A DNA stretch of 63,981 bases, counting the filler, from Octopus bimaculoides (lineage: Eukaryota), in the NCBI RefSeq assembly GCF_001194135.2. It is 4 parts of 3 records of this genome, joined end to end, with 100 filler letters (N's around TTAATTAATTAA, not from the genome) between each part and the next. Parts side by side here need not be neighbours in the genome. Positions count along the whole stretch, not along the records: positions 38,790 to 61,716 come from NC_068992.1; positions 61,817 to 63,981 come from NC_068985.1; 2 more parts are not named here. One strand, written 5' to 3'. Positions 53,973 through 63,981 of the stretch are shown here, one piece after another. A program made the position numbers and the translations under genes. Numbering within the stretch: the stretch's first letter is position 1; the number at the start of each line of letters is the position of its first letter. The notes under the pieces are model-generated. The model was not told the DNA's origin and made no database searches. It saw nothing but the letters and a program-made list of their open reading frames with translations.

Positions 53973-55369
53973 CTTAAATAATGAAAGGTTTTGGCCTGTC
54001 CAGTTCCATATACATCATTCATCAAGCTATCAACTTGAAAACCAGAAAGAAGACCAAGAACGAGGTTGAAGATCTACTCCGACATTATTTCTCTGTTCTC
54101 ATCTATTGTGTTTTTGTCACACAATAAGATTCAAACATTTCTCTATTGCTAATCTTGTCTTTGTTAAATTCCTTTCCAGAACCACTTTCTCTGTGATCTC
54201 ATTGTCATTCTTTATAAATGTCCAACTTTGCCAGCAGAAAACACCTTATTACTTTACAAAATCTCCTCTCTGTTTTGATGAAGCACCCACATTCTTCACC
54301 NNNNNNNNNNACTCCCTTTCTTCTCACCTAAAGCACAATGGCTACTGAGATCTATAGTGAAATTTCTAATTTAAGGAACTCATAAATTTGATTTAGAATT
54401 CTTTGAAAGAATTGATAGATTTGGTATAATTCTGAAACAACTCTAAACTTTTTGGTTTTATCAAGTAAGAATGGAACGGAGAGAAATATTATTTTCAGAA
54501 TTTCCATCTGCCATGTCAAAAGTCAGAGGTACTTACCAAATTGAAACAGAATCACAGAAGAAATGCAAAGTTTTTACTTTATTTTTCACTTATGTCTTCT
54601 TACCTGCTTCGTACCATTAAAGCTTTCATGAAGAGATTAAACTACAAGTAGTAGGCCTAAGACAGATTAACCTAGGGGATCATTTTTGGTGGCCAACACC
54701 AAATTCAAGAAGGACTACTTTACGATCATCATGTCATTGTCAACTTCATTTTAACATCCACTTTCCCATGCTTGCATGGGTTAGAGGAAACTTACTGAAG
54801 TAGATTTTATATGTCTAAATGTTATTCCTACTATCTATAGTTGGGTACCCTTCCTATTCTTCTTATTACAAACCCTTACAAGTTTCTAACAAAGATAGTT
54901 CTTGATGTCATTTGAACACAGAATGGGCATAAATGATTGCAAAGAAGATTGAAAACAAATAACCACATTTTTTTTGATTGTATGAATGGAAGTTTTGTCT
55001 GCAATACACACATAAATATGTCTATACATACATAAATACATTTGTATTTCTATATCTACATCTTGACAACTGATGTTGGTGAGTTTATGCCCCGTAACTT
55101 AGTGGTTTGGCCAAAGAGACCGACAGAACAAGTACCAGGCTTACAAAGAATCAGTCCAGGGGTCAATTTCTTCAACTGAAAGGCAGTGATCCAGCATGGC
55201 CACAGTCAAAGGACTGACACAAGAAAAAAAAAAAACAAAGATTTCTTCTGTTATCAATCTCTTTATTTATCTATTTATTTGCCACTCAGTCCATTTGATA
55301 GAAACAATTCTCTGGTGATTTCAAAATAGAGGATTCAGTTGTTCAAAGAATTAGCTGCTTAAAGAATTA

Positions 55370-55720
55370 GCTCATAAGTGGCTGACTACTGCTCCGATGC
55401 ATATGACTTTAATGTAATCATGTGATCACATGATTGTCCAGACTATACAATATTGTTATACATCGCTGGTCACACTGTGAATTTGTATCATTTAAACTTT
55501 TGAATGACGCCACCCCACTGGCTGGGTGAGGAGGCCAACATTCCCCCTGACCAGAACGATATTCCCCCATATGGTCACCTATTTACAGCTGAGTGGATGG
55601 GGCAATGTGAAATGGGGGAATTTACCTGAGAACACAATGTGCCGCTCAGTCTAGGAATCAAACCCACGAATTAGTGATCATGGGTACAACACCCTAACCA
55701 CTGAGCCATGTGCCTTCACA
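55370..55720 (-). mobile_element. tRNA-headed SINE with a conserved central domain (family 3)
   Basis: Minus-strand head GTGAAGGCACATGGCTCAGTGGTTAGGGTG...GGTTTGATTCC, and central CCTATTTACAGCTGAGTGGA on the plus strand. Related decayed copies at ~49970-50330. Confidence 0.6.
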
Positions 55721-56807
55721 CCTTTCACTTAACAACCATGCAAAATCAATGTCACACAAGTGTGTGGGACAAAGTTGTTCCTTTCGAATTACATGTTAAG
55801 TCTGTCCAACAGAATTCCACATAGATCCTGTCTAAGAAATTTCACTTACACAGCATCAGTCGTCCTTACACTTCTCACCTTAAACCATAGACTGCCAACA
55901 TACTATTCAATCCCCAAATATTTCTCACTTCTTGAAAAAATTGCTTTAATTGAAATCATAGAACATATAACTCACCAGATCAAAAAAAAACTTCATGAAT
56001 TTTATAGCATAATTTGTTTAATCTTGTGCTTCTTCAGAAATAAAGGGTTTGAATGAATAGCCATTCTTTCTAACATAGGAAAATGCTTATATATTTGCTG
56101 TTGGGGCCAACAGATATTTATTTGGCTTCTACATATTCATAACTTTTGCAATACAATTCTTTCAAGATCTTTACTTTTAGTAGATAATTGAATTTTCGAG
56201 AGAAACCATACCAAATTAACTGTGGAAAAGTATATTTACAATTAGAAAAAAAAAAAAAAAATGATTCCAGCTGAATTTTGAAGATAAAATAGTATTAAAA
56301 TCTCAAAGATATTCTCAATTATGCCTTGTACAATGTAATTGCTATAGGAAGTGTTCACATATTTATATATATATATACATATATATATAAATAAACATAC
56401 TTCTATACATATGCATGTATATCTATATGTATATGTACATATATAGACACATATATGTATATATAATGCACTTATGTGTACCCACATTCGCTCTCTCTCT
56501 CTTTCTCCAAATAATTATATAAATTCTGGAATATCTGCAAGTGTAAAAGGTTCTGCTTCAGTTTGGGATAAATCGAAATATTCTTAGTAAGTTAGCGGAG
56601 AATAATTTTTATACACACTTTTAAGAAGCAGATGATTCTATTTCTAATTAATGTAATTCACTTAATTACATATATTGAGAATCTTCAAAGACAATTCCTT
56701 GTAGAATATATAGCACATCATACAAAATTACCATATACACAAATTATCATATATATACATGCATACAAACATACACACACAAACACATATATGTAGTGCT
56801 CTATATC

Positions 56808-56886
<79 letters not shown>

Positions 56887-56918
56887 ATTTATATATACAT
56901 ACATATATATGTATATAC

Positions 56919-56953
<35 letters not shown>

Positions 56954-57661
56954 GTAAGAGAGAGAGCAAGATAGAGAGACAGACAGAGATGGAGAGAAAG
57001 AGAGAGAGAGAAAGATGTACTCACACATATATGAAAGGAAAAATTAATTCCTAAACAGGAATGTTGCCCCAAATGCATGCCACATAGCAAATTGAGCTAA
57101 AGGCTCTACAGAGCCCAGTACTTGTATAAAACCAACAAACAGCCTAAGTTAATGAGCCGAGAATAGGTACCCTCTTAGAGGCTTCTGAACAGTTTTCTGT
57201 ACATTGTAGTAATGTAACTTACAAGATTTCATTCACCTTGAGATTATAAGGGAAGTCACAGATACTGCACAGGCAGAAGAAACAAGACAACTGAGATGCA
57301 TAATGAAGAACTCAAGTGAGAAAGCAATTCTCATTACCATATGTGTATATATATATATGTGTATCTATATATGTATGCATTTGTATAAATAGGTATGCAA
57401 ACACATACATATATGTGCATATACATAACCATGTATACATACCATACACATATGAGAAGCAGCTACACAATTTCCATCTACTATATTCGAGCATTGGTCA
57501 ACCTAAGGACACAGAAGAGAATATTTGTCCTAAGAGGCTGCATTAGGAATCCCAAGCAATAAGATTGAAAGGCAATATTTCTAACCATGTAGCCATACCA
57601 GTGCCCAGTGTTTATCGTTATATACATACATAGATACACACACATATATATATGTATATAA

Positions 57662-57693
<32 letters not shown>

Positions 57694-57750
57694 AAACACG
57701 TATATACATATATATCATATGTACATATATATATATACATGTATATATGC

Positions 57751-57787
<37 letters not shown>

Positions 57788-58040
57788 NNNNNNNNNNNNN
57801 NNNNNNNNNNNNNNNNNNNNNNNNNNNNNNNNNNNNNNNNNNNNNNNNNNNNNNNNNNNNNNNNNNNNNNNNNNNNNNNNNNNNNNNNNNNNNNNNNNNN
57901 NNNNNNNNNNNNNNNNNNNNNNNNNNNNNNNNNNNNNNNNNNNNNNNNNNNNNNNNNNNNNNNNNNNNNNNNNNNNNNNNNNNNNNNNNNNNNNNNNNNN
58001 NNNNNNNNNNNNNNNNNNNNNNNNNNNNNNNNNNNNNNNN

Positions 58041-58078
<38 letters not shown>

Positions 58079-58087
58079 GGTTTATAT

Positions 58088-58130
<43 letters not shown>

Positions 58131-58143
58131 TATGCACATATAC

Positions 58144-58195
<52 letters not shown>

Positions 58196-60924
58196 TATAT
58201 GAGTAACTCATAGTATAAAATATGCATACAATGCTAAAAGTAATGATTATTGGAATCGATAACTCTCTGGAGAAAATCCTGTCAGTTCCATTATAGCAAT
58301 AAACCATTTATTTCTGTAAAGTTTACTTGATAGAATAATGAAATTTACACTGTATTAGAGGTTTTGTTATACAGACCAACAGGAAACCATCTTGAAGAAG
58401 ATCATACTGTATAGCCTTTCTTTATATACACTCTAGCACAATGGTGTCTGAGCTTCTGAACTTGCTACCCTATTTAAACCCAGTTGACACTTTTACCTCT
58501 ACTCCAACATTTATCCTTATTCTGTCACATGAATTTAAAATTGTAAATAAATGTTTCCAATAATATTAAGTGACAATTAATAGATGGTGCTTAACCCAGC
58601 CTTCATTATGTTTGGAGAATGGAAGATATGTCTTTTCTTTTAGAACGGTAACTTTATGAAACACTTTTCTTAACCACGTTTTCCTCTTGCATCAATAACA
58701 GTAATAATGGTATCTCAGCACACTGCCTTGAATAGCTTGAAAATGAAGTCAAGTCTAACCTCATATTAAATCTTACAATTTAAAGAATAAAAAGAAAGAG
58801 GACACTTGAAAATGTAACCTTGGGTAAACTATGACTTAAAGAAAACAAAATAAACAATGTGATGGTCACACTGGAACTGATCATAGGCTTACTCAATGAA
58901 TGCTGATCTAGGATAAAGAATAATAAGAACCTCTGTTTCTCTGAGAATGAAAGGCTTAATTCCAGCATGAGATATTTCCCTTCATTACAAAAACTCAATA
59001 TACTTTACGTTGTGCTTTTACTTCATTCATTGGAGTTCTTCACAAATTTGGATGCTATCCTTACAAAGGAACATGTACACCTTTCTATTGTTTCAATTTT
59101 AGTATACACACTGCCGAGGTTGTGTATTCAAATTAATTAGTCAAATGTACTATAATTTTCGTGACTTACTAAATCATTATTTGAACTCTTTCTTCACTAT
59201 ATTTACAACTGTGTTTACATATATTAATTAACAGATAATTTAATAGAAAATGCTATTTTAAAGACATGTACAAACATTATTTAATTTTGCTGAGATAGTG
59301 AATCTCAGATATAGACTAATCTCTGTAGAGATTATATATATCATTACCTTGAGTTATAAACTAATTGTGAAAAGGATTTCTTCCTTCATTTACTTTGATG
59401 CCTCAGAATCATAATTAAGACCAGGAATGTTTAGAAAAGTGACAGCAGATATAATGATCTGTAATGGCAGGGATATACAGATGGCTTGTCAACCAAAGAT
59501 AATTGTTGCAGAATGTTCCAGCCAAATTCTCAAATATGCTCTCTTCTAGAGAAAGAAAGCAAAGATTTTTGAGAATTTAGTTTATATAAATCCACATAGC
59601 TACTATTTCTGCAGTGTGCCAGCTGAATAGATTGGTCTTAATTATGTTTTAAGAACAATTATTTTGTACCGCGTGTCAGAAACATCAAGAAATGTAGACG
59701 TATTCTAAATCCATGGCATTAAAGTCTTTCGGTAAATCAAGAAATTTCAATGGAATTTGCTAAGCAGTTAATGACTTGAATTTTATATATGTTTACAATC
59801 TTTATCCACGGATAAGAGCAAATGTTTAAAAGTCTTAAATATCCGAGCTGTGACTCAATTTATGACACTCAAGTACAATAAAACTTTCAATGATTAGCGA
59901 ACAGAATGAAACAGATGAAACCATTTTCCCAATGACAATATGGAAGTGAAAACACAGAGAAGTTTATTTCTTTATAGTTATGTATAGTTATAATATTCAG
60001 CATTCAATACTCCCATAGAGACGTTGCTGTTAATACAATAACCGTTAGATGATGAGAACGGATGGAGAACATTCCACCAAAATGTGTGAAAACACACTTC
60101 AATCTATTACTTCCAATAACATAGTCAATAACAGCTTATTATAGGAAGAATGAAGATAAGCTAGTTTGGCTGAAAATAAATAATAAAAAATAGTAAAAAA
60201 AAAACACTATAAATTTAAGTTCAATATTTAAACTAAAGGAATTTTTCCATTAACTTCATTCTAAAAATATGCTTCATAAACAGCACACTTATTTTTTGAC
60301 ATTATGATGTATACATTGTAAAGCTATAGAAATTTTCTCAAATCTATGTTTTCATTGGAAAACCAATTTATATATGTGTGTATATGTGGGTGTATGCATA
60401 TCATGTATGCATATTATATATGTGTTCATGTGTGTATACACATGCACACACATATATAAAGATATACATATCGATAAATATATATATATATTTTTTTCTA
60501 TTTAAGGTTTTCTTCGATATTTTTTTTAATAGGATGAATCTGTATTAAATTTATTTGGTCTGTGCATTACGCAACCATGACCATTAATTGAAACGACCAA
60601 TCCATGACCGTTATTTGAAACGACCAATCAAACGAATCCATGTGTTTTAAATTTTATATTACTTTCGATTGCATTGTTATCCTTTCTCCATTTCTAACAA
60701 AACTGTCCGATGAACAGGAACGTGAAACTCAGAGTAACGGTTTTTTTGTTATATTTCTGCTGCTTTTAAATAAAGCATATTACTCTACTTCTGGTATTNN
60801 NNNNNNNNATATATATACATATATATATAGTTAACAGATCTAATAGAGGTAGGATCAATAAAAATAATACTCCATCCAGTGAGGGGTAAATATCCATTTA
60901 ATGCATAACTCTTTTGGTTGTGTA

Positions 60925-61150
60925 TTAACCCTTTCATTACCAACCTGGCTGAAACCAGCCCTGGCTCTGAGTACAAATGTCTTGTTTTCATAAGTTTTGA
61001 ATTAAAATCTTCCGCTAAACCATAGATACAATTTATGCTCCTAACACTAGGTTAATGATAACCAAGTTATTTTACTAAATTCTTTGTTATATTTAAAATA
61101 ATTCAAAGAAACAGAGAGCATCTCAAAATAAATACAGTAACGAAAGGATT
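60925..61150. mobile_element. TTAA-CCC-terminated MITE (piggyBac-type)
   Basis: Termini TTAACCCTTTCATTAC / GTAACGAAAGGATTA form an imperfect inverted pair. Confidence 0.5.
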
Positions 61151-61207
61151 ATATATTATATCAAAATATATATATATACACACACACACATACTATATAA
61201 GTGTGTA

Positions 61208-61250
<43 letters not shown>

Positions 61251-61760
61251 ACATCCGAATGTGGCCAATGCCAGTGCTACCTGACTGGCTCCCATGCCGC
61301 TGGTATGTAAAAGGCACCCACTTCACTCTCAGAGTAGTTGGTGTTAGGAAGGGCATCCAGTTGAAGACACATTGCCAGATCAGATTGGAGCCTGGTGCAG
61401 CCTCTTGGGTTGCCAGTCCTCAGTAAAACCGTCCAACCCGTGGAAAATGGACGTTAAATGATGATGATGATGATGATATATAAAATTCTATTTTGAAATT
61501 TCTGGCAGCAACAGTCTTTGAAAGCTCATATTATCGTTGGATGCTCAAAATGAAGAGTAGATAGACAGCCAACAACTGATGAAGGGTCGTTCTCTATGTT
61601 ACTTGTCCTGTTTTTACACATGTTCTTTGTGTATTTACTTGTTTGTTTTTGTACTTCATGTTGTTTACACAGTTGGTGATGGACGGTACCCATACACACA
61701 CACACACACACACACANNNNNNNNNNNNNNNNNNNNNNNNNNNNNNNNNNNNNNNNNNNN

Positions 61761-61772
61761 TTAATTAATTAA
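61761..61772. other. Synthetic assembly spacer
   Basis: Same 44 N + TTAATTAATTAA + 44 N layout. Confidence 0.9.
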
Positions 61773-62227
61773 NNNNNNNNNNNNNNNNNNNNNNNNNNNN
61801 NNNNNNNNNNNNNNNNATATATATATATATATATATATAAATACACATGCATATATACTCACAAATATATATACATACATCTATGCGCACACAACAATGT
61901 CTGAGTGAATATTTATTCTTGTGCCAGTGCATATAAAATTATATAACGCATACACAATGAATATAAAAGAGGATGACAAAAAACCCGAAAAATAAAATAA
62001 TATTACGAACATTAAAATGTAAGGGTAGACAGATGAAATGTGCATATATTTAGGCACAGACAGATAGTTTAGAAAAAAAGACAATTTTCTGCATAATTCC
62101 CTTCATACAAAACAGAACAATGCAACGTTTAGAGAATTATATTTGTATAAAAGAAAAAATAGTTGCTATATGTTATAAAATATAAAGAATAGGACCTTTT
62201 CTCTCGTACCAATGGTTTCGTATTAGA

Positions 62228-62260
<33 letters not shown>

Positions 62261-63009
62261 NNNNNNNNNNNNNNNNNNNNNNNNNNNNNNNNNNNNNNNN
62301 NNNNNNNNNNNNNNNNNNNNNNNNNNNNNNNNNNNNNNNNNNNNNNNNNNNNNNNNNNNNNNNNNNNNNNNNNNNNNNNNNNNNNNNNNNNNNNNNNNNN
62401 NNNNNNNNNNNNNNNNNNNNNNNNNNNNNNNNNNNNNNNNNNNNNNNNNNNNNNNNNNNNNNNNNNNNNNNNNNNNNNNNNNNNNNNNNNNNNNNNNNNN
62501 NNNNNNNNNNNNNNNNNNNNNNNNNNNNNNNNNNNNNNNNNNNNNNNNNNNNNNNNNNNNNNNNNNNNNNNNNNNNNNNNNNNNNNNNNNNNNNNNNNNN
62601 NNNNNNNNNNNNNNNNNNNNNNNNNNNNNNNNNNNNNNNNNNNNNNNNNNNNNNNNNNNNNNNNNNNNNNNNNNNNNNNNNNNNNNNNNNNNNNNNNNNN
62701 NNNNNNNNNNNNNNNNNNNNNNNNNNNNNNNNNNNNNNNNNNNNNNNNNNNNNNNNNNNNNNNNNNNNNNNNNNNNNNNNNNNNNNNNNNNNNNNNNNNN
62801 NNNNNNNNNNNNNNNNNNNNNNNNNNNNNNNNNNNNNNNNNNNNNNNNNNNNNNNNNNNNNNNNNNNNNNNNNNNNNNNNNNNNNNNNNNNNNNNNNNNN
62901 NNNNNNNNNNNNNNNNNNNNNNNNNNNNNNNNNNNNNNNNNNNNNNNNNNNNNNNNNNNNNNNNNNNNNNNNNNNNNNNNNNNNNNNNNNNNNNNNNNNN
63001 ATATATATA

Positions 63010-63043
<34 letters not shown>

Positions 63044-63794
63044 CACACACATACGCGCGCGCCACACATGCAAACACACAACACAACGCATATATAAACA
63101 TACGTAAAAATACATATAGTTATATATATATATAACATGCCCATACGCATTGACATATATATATGTGTCTGTGTGGGTGTGTGTGTATGTATTATGTATG
63201 TATATATGTATGTATGCATGCATGTATATATGTGCGATTGTATATATACACATATAAGAATACTGTAAAAATGAAGAAAATGACGTGGTGAATTGACAGT
63301 CAATATTCTAAGCTTCACGCAAAATGGAAAGGAAAATGTTAACGGTGATAACATTTCGTACCGTGTACTTCTTCGTTTAGTGGACAATGCGGGAGAAAAC
63401 CCGAAGGAACGAGAAAAGAGCGACAAAAAAGGGAGCAAAGTACAGTTTTAGTGAGACATTTCATTTGGTGCTTATCTACCCTTTTGTCTGCTTGATATAG
63501 AAATAACTTCTCCACACCTTCGTACCTCCCACTTACGCGGACGTACACTCATCTGTCATCATGACCACTTGTAATATCATCCTATACCAGCATGGATACC
63601 ACACATAGATATACACACTGTCATGTTGACCTACGCATACCCACGCGTACAACTACACACACATATACGCCCACCGCCTTGTCACCTTGATGATACATAC
63701 ATATGTACATACATACATACATCCTTACATACATAAATACATCCTTACATGAATACATACACTGGGAATTGTGGATATGTAACACAGGATATCC

Positions 63795-63981
63795 TTTTTT
63801 TTCTTCTTGGCACTCCGTCGCTTACGACATCGAGGGTTCCAGTTGATCCGATCAACGGAACAGCCTGCTCGTGAAATTAACGTGCAAGTGGCTGAGCACT
63901 CCGAACACACGTGTACCCTTAACGTAGTTCTCGGGGAGATTCAGTGTGACACAGTGTGACAAGGCTGACCCTTTGAATTAC
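63795..63981 (-). mobile_element. SINE 3' portion running off the window end
   Basis: CpG-rich, repeat-like sequence ending in an A-rich tail (AAGAAGAAAAAAA) on the minus strand. Confidence 0.5.

Noticed and set aside
52760-54069. Poly-I/S/H/D/V/L/P ORFs here and at 28.6-30 kb and 37.7-38 kb
   Set aside because: These are translations of trinucleotide microsatellites.
54531-54604. Two minus-strand donor-like sites as the signal-peptide exon of the Ig gene
   Set aside because: In-frame stops lie just upstream in the required phase.
61576-61600. CTGATGA as a hammerhead core
   Set aside because: No stem II or GAAA follows.
62129-63438. Long ORFs spanning N runs (also at 13900-14904, 17800-18307, 27531-28333, 39362-39902 and 57618-58307)
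   Set aside because: They are open only because N codons and (TA)/(CA)/(AG) repeats lack stops.

Overview
AT-rich, gap-ridden, microsatellite- and SINE-dense animal genomic DNA. The repeat families suggest a coleoid cephalopod, probably Octopus (inference from recalled repeats, not a search). One gene is firmly supported: seven minus-strand exons (785-13749) of POLE, the DNA polymerase epsilon catalytic subunit. All have GT-AG junctions and join into one continuous frame covering roughly human residues 563-1020. The 5' (exonuclease) half of POLE is not visible. A single minus-strand Ig-domain exon of Dpr/zig-8 type lies at 44667-44788. The rest is mobile DNA: tRNA-SINEs, RTE and RLE-type LINE pieces, a Gypsy remnant, hAT, piggyBac-type and mariner-type MITEs, and Penelope traces. 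Three synthetic N44-TTAATTAATTAA-N44 spacers indicate that the window is four joined sequence blocks, so long-range adjacency is unreliable. The most unusual observation is a 75-bp minisatellite made of POLE's own 3' splice site, giving tandem decoy acceptors that would each introduce an in-frame stop. Next is a pair of diverged ~400-bp modules (17.5 kb and 21.0 kb) that conserve a hairpin/ETS cluster and splice-like sites. I see no convincing wholly new multi-gene system.
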